Of a DNA stretch of 64,000 nt, positions 1 through 12,172 are shown piece after piece (positions within the stretch are counted from its first letter, which is position 1; the number at the start of each line of letters is the position of its first letter). The position numbers were made by a program, and so were the translations under genes. The notes under the pieces were generated by a model. It had not been told where the DNA came from and made no database searches. It saw only the letters and a list, made by a program, of their open reading frames with translations. This DNA is from Octopus sinensis (taxonomy: Eukaryota). The stretch lies in the NCBI RefSeq assembly GCF_006345805.1, contig NC_043006.1, positions 87,296,001-87,360,000 of the forward strand, written 5' to 3'.

Positions 1-224
1 TTTCCTTTCTATCATTCTTTCTTTGTCCTTTTTGTTTTACCCCCCCCCCCACACACACACCAATACATACATTTTCTAAGAAGAATTTTTTTTTTACTAT
101 CTTGATTCTAATTTGATATTTTTAAAAGTTTAGATTAATAATAATTAATGCTCCATGTATATGGAGACAGAATACCAAAACTGTCATTCTGAGATAATCT
201 CATACATGTTTCCCCAAACTAAAT

Positions 225-400
225 GAAGTGAGACAATGTAGACTGTTGATCTATCACAAGTAACATTCCCTGATGATCTGGTACTTATTACTGTTACCCA
301 GGTGAGATGAGACAATGTAGACTTTTGATTTGTCACAAGTAACATTCCTGACTGCTCTGGTAACTATTACTGACAACTAAGTGAGATGAGACATTGTGGA
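225..400. repeat. Diverged ~80-bp tandem duplication, about 2.3 units
   Basis: TGAGACAATGTAGAC..GAT..TCACAAGTAACATTCC recurs at ~229 and ~308, with a partial third unit at ~386. Confidence 0.7.
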
Positions 401-1194
401 ATAAAGAATTTTTCTATCAGACATAACAAAAAGCCTACAGAGAATTAACCAACATAGGATAACTCTTAAACTGTTGGTTATCCAATGAAGCCTCTAAATA
501 CTGTGGCAGAATGCATTGCTTGTTATAAGACTAAATCAGTTAGTTCATTTAGTACTCTAGTAACTTATCTATCCATTCATCCCTTCATGTGCAGCACTGA
601 TACAAAGTTTCTCTGCTCTACTAAACCAACAAGTATTGAAAATTTGCTAAATAGTATTAATTTCAAACAATAAGACAAAGCCAGAAATTTTGGGGAAAGA
701 CACATTACTTAAAACTATCCCAATACTCAACTGGTATCATTTTAAAAATCAAACTTAGTAGAATGAAAGATAAAGTTTATCTCAGCAAGATTTGATCTGA
801 GAGACTACCTGCAGGTCTTAGTTCAATCTTCTGGTTTACCAGTTCTTGTCAAACTGCTCATCATAAGTCAGGAAGGAAAATAGACATTAAAAGATGATGA
901 GGATGAAGATGATAAACATCTTCTTTGCATGAATGAGGTGGTGGTGGTGGTGGTGGGTGGGGGAAACAGATTCTTAAAAGAGCACACTGACAGAGAAGAG
1001 AAATGGGGGTTAGGTGGGCAAGAAGATTTCCTCTTTACACAAGGCATTCAACCCAAGTGTACACATTTACTTTACATAAATTTAATTAACATTTCTTTTC
1101 TTATTTCAGAAATTTAATACTCTCAACATTGAAGGTAGTATTGAAGCTAATTTATACTTGAAATTTAATATACTTGAAGCTAGTATTTAAGCTA

Positions 1195-1740
1195 GTATGA
1201 GTGGAATAAGTAAAGCAATTGAAGGTTTATTCAGGAATGGGAAACCCCTAGCAAGATTTTCAAGATTTAGAAACCCACTGTCAGCAGATCAGGAATCTAC
1301 AAAGTAGTCAAACAAATAAAAGAGACTGGTTCTCGCTTACCAAGTGTGAGAACTACTCCATCTTGACCAGTGAGAATGCAAAAACTCACTAAAATCACCA
1401 AAGAAAAGATCAGGCATAACACAAAAAGAAGTATCAGAAAACTCGCTTGGTGTACAAGTGTGCCACAATCCACAAAATGATCATATATATGGAGTAAATA
1501 AAGAGGAACTTCCTGTCAAACAAAGATTATCCTTTTGGTCACAGAAACCTGAATCCATAATGGTGTGGGCAGGTGTGACCTCAAATGACATGTAAATCCC
1601 TCTAATCTTCATTGAAGAGGGTGTAAAAATCACCCAGCATATTTATTTGGACATATTAAAGAATAAAGTAGTACCTTGGGTTATTGCAATAATAGGGGAC
1701 AAAGGTGTAACTCACCAAGAAGACGGTGCAACATTTCATA
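1195..1740 (+). mobile_element. Decayed, 3'-truncated IS630-Tc1-mariner transposase fragment (maT/DD37D-like)
   Basis: Frameshifted translation gives KIRHNTKRSIRKLA, KPESIMVWAGVTSN and IPLIFIEEGVKITQHIYLDILKNKVVPWV...QEDGATFH. It stops right after the second catalytic Asp, at a SINE. Confidence 0.8.
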
Positions 1741-1747
1741 AGTCAGA

Positions 1748-2006
1748 GATTACATTATTTACATTATTTACATTTTGACGGATTTTGTCCTCATCTTGTT
1801 CATTGTTAACACAACGTTTCAGCTGATACACCCTCCAGCCTTCATAAGGTGTCTTGGGGACATTTCCAACCTGGGTTCTCATTCCTAAGGTATCTTTTCG
1901 ATGTTGTTGTTGTTGTTGTTATTATCATTATTATTCAGGTCACTGCCTGGAATTGAACTCGGAATCTTGGGGTTAGAAGCTTGCGCTCTTAACCACTATG
2001 CCATAT
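1748..2006 (-). mobile_element. tRNA-derived SINE with a Penelope-like 3' part containing a hammerhead-like motif
   Basis: Minus strand: A box TGGCATAGTGG, B box GAGTTCAATTCC, an internal (AAT/AAC)n tract, then CCTTATGAAGGCTG...CAGCTGAAACGTTGTGTT and an (AATGTAAAT)n tail. Confidence 0.75.
1808..1853 (-). ncRNA. Minimal type I hammerhead ribozyme motif, probably inactive here (core CUUAUGA instead of CUGAUGA)
   Basis: Stem I GACAC/GUGUU, core C-U-U-A-U-G-A plus an extra A, stem II GGCUG/CAGCU, GAAA, palindromic stem III AC|GU, cleavage triplet GUU. Confidence 0.55.
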
Positions 2007-2039
2007 ACCCATATAGAACTGTATACAGAGATTAGTTTG

Positions 2040-3370
2040 TGAAAATGAGTAATTTCATTTCAATTACTAAATTGAGATTTCTTTATAATCAGTCAAGGAT
2101 GTCTGTATATGCACAAAACAGCAGTATTGTTCCACACATGTGAGCACTACACAATTGTGTCTCACTGGGGCTATGTAGATTGTGAATAATGTTGAAAGAT
2201 GAAGTATTTTCTGGCTTTGAAGATGAAGGCCAGAGCTTATGATGCAATTTTTATTTGTTGAAGATGTGTGCTTGTCTGGAGAGATCCTCAGGTATGGTGA
2301 TACTTGCATTTGTTGCAACCTTCAGGATTCTAGTTGCATGATTTTTATGTTATGGATAGGATAGTGTTTCCATGATATGCTTTTTGAGTGTGTTTTTGTT
2401 CCGTTGACAAAAATAAAATAGATTGGCATGACTCCATTGCAACCTTTCACAAAGGTCTTTGTTTATGAGATCAGTGAATGCTCTGGTGTGAGATGTCTTG
2501 GTTGCATGTCAAATGATGCACGATACATATAGTTTGGGGGGAATGAATAATAGAGCCATCTGCATGATAGTGAGCTTTGTTCAAGATGCTAACAAATAGG
2601 TCGATAATATGTGGTAGAAAGAATACAGGGGATAAAACTAAACCATGGTCATAACAGAAATGACAGAGCCTGGGTCAGAGAAAACTTCTATCTGTACATG
2701 CTGCAGTGGTGTAACATAACAAGAAGTTACAAGTGAAAGAGACAAGAGATGGATAAAATCTGTATGTGAGTAGTTCTGAAAGGACATTTGCATGCAAGAT
2801 GTAGATGAAAACTTAAATGATGTGAAAGGTAACAGTAATCGCCTCACTACAATTCACTAAGGCAAGGGCCTAGTGGCATAGGAGAATAGGTTTTCAACAG
2901 ATCTGACTTGATAAAAATCCATATTGTTGGTCATTAAGAATGGTGAAAAGTTGAAGGCAATGGACAAGCTTCTTGTTAATGGCTCTCTCTCCATTATCTT
3001 TGATATTACTCAGAGTCAAAGTGGTTGCTCCTTATTGGGAATGGATACACTGTAGTATTTTTGAGGACCAGAATATATCCCTAAAGAGAGGCAGAAATCA
3101 AAGAGTTTGGTGAGGAAAAGGGCCAGCTCTGTGTTATAATTTTTTAAAGGTAATTGGATGGTGGGACATAATCAGGGCTGACGGCCCTTCTGGTTTGATG
3201 TTACAGGAGCTACTTTTGTAGTTGGCATCTATCTTTCCGAGCTTGGTCAAGTGAAATAGGACAGCTTTGGAGAATGTTTACCTTAAGTGGGTAGTATAGA
3301 GTTAGATGGAGGAAGCTTTCTCCTTATAAAACTATCACAGCTTCTTGTCTGTAGAAACATTATTGGTAAG
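2040..3370 (-). mobile_element. Highly decayed CR1/L2/Jockey-group LINE ORF2 (reverse transcriptase region)
   Basis: Remnant translations include TELALFLTKLFDFCLSLGI, NDQQYGF, PGSV, HADGS (YADD-like) and FKARKYF...IYIAPVR, with many stops and frameshifts. Confidence 0.65.
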
Positions 3371-3840
3371 AAGTGGAGGAAAGAAGGAATCTCTTAATAA
3401 AGAAATAATAATATTGAAAACAAAGAAACGTAAGTGGCAAAACGAAGCAAGTATTAAAACAAATGCTGAGAACTGAATACTTAGAGTGAAACAATATGTT
3501 TAGTCATGATGGAATGTCAAAATATTATTAAGGTGTGTGTGTGTGTGTGTGCATGCGCACGAGTGTGTGTGATATTATCCAATTTATTACTTTTTGTTTA
3601 GAAGAGATGGGCAGAGTCTGTAACATTCAAAGGCATTTTTAGAGAGATATGTTTGTTTATGTTATTGGTTCACTTCAGAGTTGTGTTGATTGAACTGAAC
3701 TATGTTCCAGCCATAACCATTTAATTTTATTTTATACTATGGCATATTTGGCTGCTATTTCTAGTAAATTAAATGATTGCAAATAAGCACTCCCATTAAC
3801 TCATGAATGCTAATGTTGATGCAATTGATATTGAGCTTAA

Positions 3841-4034
3841 GGTGGCAAGCTGGCAGAAATGCTAGCCCACAGGGCGAAATGCATAGTGGTATTTTGTCTG
3901 TCTTTACGTTCTGAGTTCAAATTCCGCCAAGGTCAACTTTGCCTTTCATCCTTTCAGGGTCGATAAATTAAGTACTGATCTAATCAACTGGACCCTTCAC
4001 CAAAATTTTGGGCCTTGTACCTAGAGTAGAAAAG
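3841..4034 (+). mobile_element. tRNA-derived SINE with a Nin/Deu-like domain and a 16-bp TSD
   Basis: Head GGTGGCAAGCTGGCAGAA, B box GAGTTCAAATTCC, then GCCTTTCATCCTTTCAGGGTCGATAAATTAAGTAC. Flanked by TTGATATTGAGCTTAA at 3825-3840 and 4035-4050. Confidence 0.85.
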
Positions 4035-4893
4035 TTGATATTGAGCTTAAAGTGGAATAGATTTGGGGATGAATTAAAAATGGACATGGAGCTGGAAAGA
4101 TGAAGAAAGAGAGAGAGAGAGATGGGGTATTGAGATGGAATAGAGGGGAGAGAGAGGGAGGACTGTGTTGTCAGGATTTTGGATGATTGAGATATAGTAC
4201 AAGAGAAGCAAATGAAGGACTTTGACATAAATAGTACACAGTTTGTTATTTACTACAGTGTAGCAGAAACCACTATAGTATTTATAGATAATAAACAATT
4301 GATCTGATAAGGAATTGTTATACAATGTTAGTAAATCTCTTTTTAGATACTTCTCATATATTTGTGTAGCAGCTGAACTGACCCAGGGATATGAATGTTA
4401 TTCCAATGTCAGTAACATTTTGAACTTTGGATGCAGCTATCAACAGATAAATATTACTGTATTTCCAAACCATGCAAAGGAAGTCTAGGTTTTCCTGTGT
4501 AGCTTTGTTGCTATGTATGTATGTATATTTGTTTGGGAGGGGGGGGGTCTACATGGAAAATGATTTGACATTAAAATTTATTGTTGATTTATGGGTGTTG
4601 ATTGTATATTTATGTTTAGAGAGGGTGATGTGCAATATGCATGCATGTGTGTTAGGACTGTGTGTGCATGAATGTGTGCATGTAGGTTGTTAAAAACATT
4701 CAGAAATTTGAAAATAAATTTTTTCAAAAGCTCAAACACATGAAGCTGTAAGTAACTAATAGCTATCTTCAAATACTGATATGTGACTCAAAAAAAAAAT
4801 ATATATATATATACATATATATAAAAGTGCATGCATGTGTGTATAAATGTATTCTGTGTGCATGCATGAATGCATTTATGCATATTTATACAT

Positions 4894-5300
4894 CTACTCT
4901 TTTACTTGTTTCAGTCATTTGACTGTGGCTATGCTGGAGCACTGCCTTTAGTGGAGCAAATCATGCCCAGGTTTTATTCTTTGTAAGCCTAGTACTTATT
5001 CTATCATCTCTTTTGCTGAACCGCTAAGTTACAGGGATGTAAACACACCAGCATTGGTTGTCAAGCGATGTTAGTGGGACAAACACAGACACACAAACAT
5101 ATACACACACATACATGTACATATATATATACATATATACGATGGGCTTCTTTCAGTTTCCGACTACCAAATCCACTCACAAGGCTTTGGTCGGCCCGAG
5201 GCTATAGTAGAAGACACTTGCCCAAGGTTCCATGCAGTGGGAATGAACCCGGAACCATGTGGTTGGTAAGCAAGCTACTCCTTCACCTACACAGTCACAT
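4894..5300 (-). mobile_element. CORE-type tRNA SINE (octopus OR-like), full length
   Basis: Reverse complement has a tRNA head, the CORE-like CCTTGGGCAAGTGTCTTCTACTATAGCC, an internal TA/TG microsatellite and a ...GACTGAAACAAGTAAAAGAG tail. Confidence 0.8.
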
Positions 5301-5527
5301 GTATGCATGTATATATGATTTATGAGAGTGTAGTGCAATAGATATGTATAGTGATCATATCCTGAAACTTGTAAAGGGCTCCTGGTTTACTTGTTTTCTA
5401 AGGTTATTTTCATAATATTTGTTTTGCACAAAGCAATACAAATTTGGCATAAAATTATTAAATGGACCTATCAATAACAGACAACAATTGTCTACTCCAT
5501 CATTTCCAATACTTTTCTATAAAGGTG

Positions 5528-5920
5528 GAGGCATGGCTTTGGGGTAAGAAATTTGCTTATCAACCACATAGCTCTGGGTTCAGTCCCACTGCATGGTTCC
5601 TTGAGTAAATGTCATCCACTATTGCCTCAGGCCAACCAAAGCCTTATGAGTAGATTAGGTTAACAGAAGCTGAAAGAATCCCATCATATAGATGTGTGTG
5701 TATCTTTGTGCTTGTCCCTTACCACAGCTTCTCCTACCACTACTCAATAAGCAGTGTTGGTTTGTTTACATTCCCATAATTTAGTGGTCTAGTAAAAGGA
5801 GACCAATAGAATAGTATGAGGCTTAGAACAAAAATAGTTGGGATCAATTTGTTCAACTAAACCCATCAAGGGGGTGCCTCTGCATGGCCCCAATCTAATC
5901 ACTGAAACAAAAGAAAGATA
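5528..5920 (+). mobile_element. CORE-type tRNA SINE, older copy
   Basis: Same family layout with more substitutions. Confidence 0.7.
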
Positions 5921-5966
5921 GACAACAATACAGACATTCTCCATAGTATGGAAGTGTTGCAATACT

Positions 5967-6131
5967 TGGCTGTGTGGTAAGAAACTTGCTTCTCAACCAC
6001 ATGGTTCTTGGTTCAGTCCCACTGTATGGCACCTTGGAAGAGTGTCTTTTACTAGTAGCCTCCAGCTAACCAAATTCTTATGAGTGGATTTGGTAGCTGG
6101 AAACTGAAAGAAGCCCATCATATGTATATAA

Positions 6132-6168
<37 letters not shown>

Positions 6169-6382
6169 TTTGTGTGTTTGTCTCCTCACCCCACCACCAC
6201 TTGAAAACCAGTGTTTGTGTGTTTGTGTCCCTATAACTTAGTGGTTTAGCAAAAGGGATGGACAGGATAAGTACCAGGCTTAAAAAATATGCACTGGGCT
6301 CAATTCATGCAACTAAAAATTCAAGGTGGTGCCCCAACATGGCCACAGTCTCATAACTGAAACAAGTAAATGATGAAAGATA
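5967..6382 (+). mobile_element. CORE-type tRNA SINE
   Basis: Same layout with an internal (TA)n tract. Confidence 0.75.
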
Positions 6383-6844
6383 TAACCAACATCAAACTAA
6401 AATTGCCACCCTGACATACCATAAAAACACAAATAGTAGACAAACATTGTACTTTCTTTTGTGTGCTGGTCATACAAAGTTATCAGCTGTTCTTACCATT
6501 TGGTTATATGATATTGCCTTCTTCTCTCTCCCTCTGTGCAGGACTTATATCACCCTCTCTCTTCCACATCATAATACTTATATGTTCCATTAATACTGGA
6601 CTCTCCTTTTAATTACATTTATCCTTCTTGTTCTTCAGCTGCCACTTACATTTCACTTTCTCTATCCTCTATTCTCCTTTTCATATTCTGAACACACTCG
6701 TATGCACTTAAACACACACACACACATCCCTCACACAATTATCCACTTTTATATGGTATATCATCATTATTGTCACAGTAGTGAACATTAGATACATCAT
6801 TACGATTGTCTATAATCATTATAATCTTTCAGGCTAAATCATGT

Positions 6845-6889
6845 GTACGTATGTACGTATGTACATACATACATACATACATACATACA

Positions 6890-6925
<36 letters not shown>
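6845..6925. repeat. (ATAC)n microsatellite
   Basis: Seen directly. Confidence 0.95.
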
Positions 6926-8815
6926 TAAATGTATGATGTATGTATGTACACTGATGTGTATATATGGGTATATGCATGTGTAAGCAGGGATTAAACAGCA
7001 AACATTATATAAAGAAATATGAAACTAAATATATTTTTAAACTGATTACGGGAATTGAATTTCAAAATGAAAACATTTCTTGGAGTTAAATAAATTATGA
7101 AAGATTATATTAAATAAAGAAAGCAAGTGGATAGAGAAACATAGAGAGAAGTAATGAGGTAAAAAGAGAAGCAAGAGAGAGTGGGTGCATGTGTGGACAT
7201 GACTAAACATTTAAATATATTACAACAGAACACACAAATACAAATATACGTATCTATGTGTATGTTGTGTAAATATGTAGAGCCTATGCTTAGAGATGAT
7301 ATACTAGTGTATATACATATCTTCATAATCACACACACACATATATATATATTTATGATGCACACACATGTACTCATACACTCATACACACACATCTACT
7401 CTATCAGAAGAGTGTTCACTGGGGAGTCACAATTGGTTCCTGTTAGAGTTTTGGAAACAGATGAGGGTAGGAGAGAGTTTTATGATTCAATCTGTCTGCA
7501 ATTGATTGTTATTTGGTCTAACTATATCTAAACAGATTACACGCATGCACACACACACACACACACACACCTGCATATGCCTCTACTACTTAATAAACTA
7601 TCAAATGCAGAAATATATCTACTAAAGAATCTGCAATACGCATGTTATTACTATTGATATTCAGACATTTTTACTACTGTATGGTCTATTATGTTGATAC
7701 ATATTAACTTCTATATAAAGTGTACTATACACATGTCATACCTACTATATTTTGCTCATATTATACCATTACCATATTAAATACATTATATACACATCCT
7801 GTAGCTGTCATGTAAAGTATTGTATATCTACATTTATATAATTGCAAGGAAGGCTGCTCCAGTAAACCTCCTTAGCATTTGTAAAAATAAATATATGTGA
7901 AATATAATTCATTTACTTGCTTAGTAAGAAAATGAACAAATTGCGACAGAAGATTGTACTCTTTGAAAAGAATATATGAAAAAGTATAGTGAAAAATATA
8001 ACTTTAACATCAAAAACCACCTCTCTATGGAGGTGGTTTCTGTTGTTAGTTTCTCAACTTAGTGTGCTCCTGGTTCAGTTTTATTTTCTGCAAGTTCTGT
8101 TATCTTTTTCTCTGTGCAGGAGCCTATCCCATTCTATGGAGATATGTGATGTTCCTATCCCAAAATTGGTAATAACCGTAACACCATTCGATTGATTTCA
8201 TTTCCTTCATGGAAAAAAAGTGATTGAGTCAGTCAACAATCATTAACGATCACATCATTTATCAGCTTGAGTATCTCTCTCCTCAGAGACATTTCTATAG
8301 TTGGGTTTATAGTACCATACTTACTTTTCAAGTGTCCTGCACCAGTAATCTGTCATTCTTGAAAACTTTAGAGAGAGAAGAGAACTTCACTAGGTGGTCC
8401 TCTTACAAGAAATGGTCAAAGAAAGCCTTTTACCAAAAGACCTCTTCTCTTGGAATGGAACTTTCCATTGTAGCATCTTTCAATGGGGATCTCTTCCTCA
8501 TATTCTATTGATTTATTTTCTTCAAGACTTAATTCAGATTTTTTGGCACATAACCATTCACATTATTCTAACACAAACTCATTTAAATATAACTGATCTT
8601 CATTTCTCTTTAACGTTCTATTCAGAGGATAATCGACATCTCATCTCAAAGTCACTCTATACATAAAAATCTTAAAATCACCTATTGGATCAGAAAATAG
8701 AAGCACTCTATCTCTCTCTCTCTAGCCTAGATAGAGTTCCATAACTGTACTCTCAAGGAAAAGTTCTTTTAATATATTCTTTGAAAATAATCATCACAAC
8801 TATGTTATCTATGAG

Positions 8816-9639
8816 TGAGGTGGTATTGAAAAATTCCCGATCTAGTTCTGTAGCATGCCAACAGATGGCAGCACATAGCTGCATGTGCAGTAAGAGCCAG
8901 CAGTGACCTTCATAAGGCAGTGTGCCAAGCGACATTACTGTGTTTACTTTGCAAGTTATGAAATTTGTGTGTTTATGATTACATGTATGCTGCTGTAGTC
9001 TGTGATTTTTCTCATGGACAGGAAGATGAAACAAAGAACCAATGTGAAATTTTTCATTAAACTCAGGAAGTCTGCTACAGAGACATTGAGCATTCTTCAG
9101 AAAGCTTATAGTGATGAGGCATTGGGTTGTACACAATGTTTCGAGCCACAGCTTAATCAAGAGCATGCACATTGTCAATCGAGAGTTCTATTGCAATGTT
9201 TTGAAGCATTTCAGGGATAACATTCAGTGAAGGTAACCAGATCTGTGGAGTGTGAAGAAATGGATTCTTCACATCGACAATGCTCTCTGTCACTGAGCTC
9301 TCCTCACTCGTGAGTTTCTTTGCCAAAACAATATGGTATCACTTTCACATTCACTCTATTCACCAGATTCAGCACTGGCAGATTTTCATCTCTTACCCAA
9401 GATGAAAATGTAGCTCAAAGGTTGCCGTTTTAACACCATTGATGAGATCAAAAGTGAACCACAGATGGTCCTCAACTCACTTAAAGAAAACGACTTCTAG
9501 GCTGGATTTCAAAAGTGGCAGGAACACTGGGACTGATGAATTACTGTGCAAAGTGACTATTTTGAAGGAGATGATGTTAAAAATTAGATAAATAAGTTAT
9601 TAAACACAACTAGTCTTGGAACTTTTTGATATCACCTCA
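8816..9639 (+). mobile_element. Internally deleted mariner element
   Basis: N-terminus MDRKMKQRTNVKFFIKLRKSATETLSILQKAYSDEALGCTQCFE and C-terminal YSPDxALADFHLLPKMK...DYFEGD. Imperfect TIRs (TGAGGTG.TAT..AAAA.TTCC) with TA at the right end. Confidence 0.8.
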
Positions 9640-10994
9640 TATGAGTGGATATTTTTCTGACACATTTAATTCTCAACTTATATAGTTTAGCAATTATAAT
9701 GTTTTATCACGAAAGCATCATTCCCTTGTTCTTCTTTAAATTGCTATGAAAGACAACTAACTCTACTTGAGGAATTATCTTTTGAATGAAGCTCATAGCT
9801 AACTTAATTTTCTTTAGCTTATTTCACAGATATGCTTTGGGACAGTGTCCTTTCTTAACTGAACTATTTCAATTTCTGCATATCTAATACGCAGAAATTA
9901 TATCTATGTTCTTAAATATTTCATTTATTCCTTCAGATTCAATTTCATTTCTAACACGAAATGTGACAGTTTGAGAAATTGCAGATGTTTTATAGCTGTG
10001 CCAGCATATGTTTATTAATACTGGGTCAGTTGAGTTGAAGTTCTAACAATGAGAACATTTTCAGTTTTAGGTGTTTAAATCTGTTAAAATATTGATAGCA
10101 TCAATATGCAGTTCATTTATAGAGAAAATAGATACTAATTACTTGTACAGTTCTCAAAACTATTTACTCTAATTCAACATGTATTTACAATTATGAGGTC
10201 AGAAAGCTGTATATTGTGAAAATTTTCCTCTAATATGCTTACTCTTCCAAAATTATAAATATTTTTACTTTATAAGGAATTGAATGCTAGCTAAATGAAG
10301 GTAAATTTTGAACATTAAAAAGTTCAAGATTTATTTTGACCTTGCTTTCAGTCTATCAGGTTCCATATATTAATGTAGATTGCCTAAATGTCAGTTGATC
10401 AAAGTATAAGTTATTGCTAAAGATGAAATATATTTCAGGGCAGTGTGGTGAAGAAGTTCACTTCTCAACCATATGGTTTTGTGCTGAGACCCAATGTGTA
10501 GAACCTTGAGCAAGTTTCTTACACTCTAGCCTCAAGGCCAATCAAAGCCTTATGAGTGGATTTGGTAGGTGGAAACTAAAAGATAACTGTCAGATATATA
10601 TCTATATGTATGTATATATACATATCTACATGTGTGTGTATGTGTGTGTGCACGTGTGCATGCATGTGTGTGTATAGTGCATAGCTATATGTGTGCATGA
10701 ATGTGGTTCTTTACATCTGTGATCAAATGCGTAAAAGTGCAGTAGGTGATATCGTTTCTCCTATCATCAAATCAAACAGTAATTTGCCTTTTTGAAGCCA
10801 TAAGGAATAAGAGATCACTTACTGCAAAACAAATAAAGGTTAAGGAAGAAATCTGGCAGTAAAACAATGCCTAAAATAACAGTTTTGTCAAATTATGAAA
10901 GAATGAAGTAGACATACAGAAAATGAATAGGAAAGGAAAATGCATGTGTGTGTGTGTGTAGATATAAATGTGTGTGCATGTATAGACACATGAG

Positions 10995-12172
10995 AGGTGC
11001 AGCAATATCAAAGGAAAATTAACCGGGAAGATAGCTTTCATGTGTGGCAATAGACACAGGGGCACAGGGGCAATAGACACCATTGATACTCAGAAAACAG
11101 ATTCCATTACACTCCTGCGGGAGAAACTAGAAGTAGTTGATAGTTTCTGCTACCTAGGTGACCAAGTTAGTAGCGGGGGTGGTTGCTCAGTGAGTGTTGC
11201 CACTAGAATAAGAATAGCCAGAGCAAAGTTTAGGAAGCTTCTCCCTCTACTGGTGACAAAGGGTCTCTCGCTCAGAATGAAAGGTAGGTTGTACAACATA
11301 TGTGTGTGAACTGCCATGCTTCACGGCAGTGAAACATGGGCTGTGACTGCGGAGGACATGCGTAGGCTTGAATGAAATGAAGCTAGCATGATCGCTGGAT
11401 GTGTAATGTCAGTGTCCATGCATGACAGAGTGTAACCGCCCTGAGAGAAATGTTGGGCAGAAGAAGCATCGGATGCAGCATGCAGGAGAAATGTTTGCAT
11501 TGGTATGGTCATGTACTACGAATGGATGAGGAGAGATGTGTGAAGAAGTGCCACTCCCAAACTGTTGAAGGAATCCGGGGTAGAGGTAGGCCCAGGAAGA
11601 CATGGGACAAAGTGGTCAAGCATGACCTTCATACGTTGAACCTCACAGAGGCTATGACGAAAGACCGAATCCTCTGGAGATATGCTGTGACTTCGAAGAC
11701 CTGACGAATGAAGTGAGTTCATGGCTCGCAGGATGGCCTACTGTGCTAACCTTGGATCGTAGAGTGACCCGCTGTTCTTGAGAAGACCTATAGAGTCAAG
11801 TACGTTAACACCAACATCAAATGAAAATTGAATGGAAATAGTAGTTAAGACACCTGTGCCGGTGACACATTAAAAGAAAAGCACCGTCCGAACATGGCAG
11901 ATGCCAGCACTGCCTAACTGACGTCCGTGTCGGTGACATGTAAAAGCACCAACCGATCGTGGCTGTTTGCCAGTCTCCTCTGGCCCCTGTGCCGGTGGCA
12001 CATAAAAGGCACCCACTACACTCACAGAGTGGTTGGCATTAGGAAGGGCATCCAGCTGTAGAAACACTGACAGATCCGACTGGTGCCTGGTGCAGCCTCC
12101 TGGCTTCCCAGACCCCGGTCGAACCGTCCAACCCATGCTAGCATGGAAAACGGACGTTAAATGATGATGATG
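10995..12172 (+). mobile_element. 5'-truncated RTE-clade LINE: end of ORF2, 3' UTR and (ATG)n tail
   Basis: EKLEVVDSFCYLGD, RIRIARAKFRKLLPLL, LHWYGHVLRM and RGRGRPRKTWDKVV. The UTR carries tandem GTGCCGGTGGCA..TAAAAGCACC units and ends ATGATGATGATG. Confidence 0.9.

Noticed and set aside
1940-2006. tRNA-like sequences here and at other SINE heads
   Set aside because: A/B boxes without a complete cloverleaf and followed by SINE bodies; not tRNA genes.
4347-4488. Plus-strand open frame YFSYICVAAELTQGYECYSN..., and a minus-strand WFGN
   Set aside because: No recognisable homology or donor. WFGN is followed by a stop and lacks the splice and HEXXH context.
5068-5325. Recurrent ...YSRRHLPKVP... 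and ...DTCPRCH... ORFs
   Set aside because: Translations of SINE copies; non-coding.
8000-8560. Possible old retroelement remnants here and at 15130-15700, 19500-20100 and 60560-60880
   Set aside because: Coding-like composition, but no motif I could assign with confidence.
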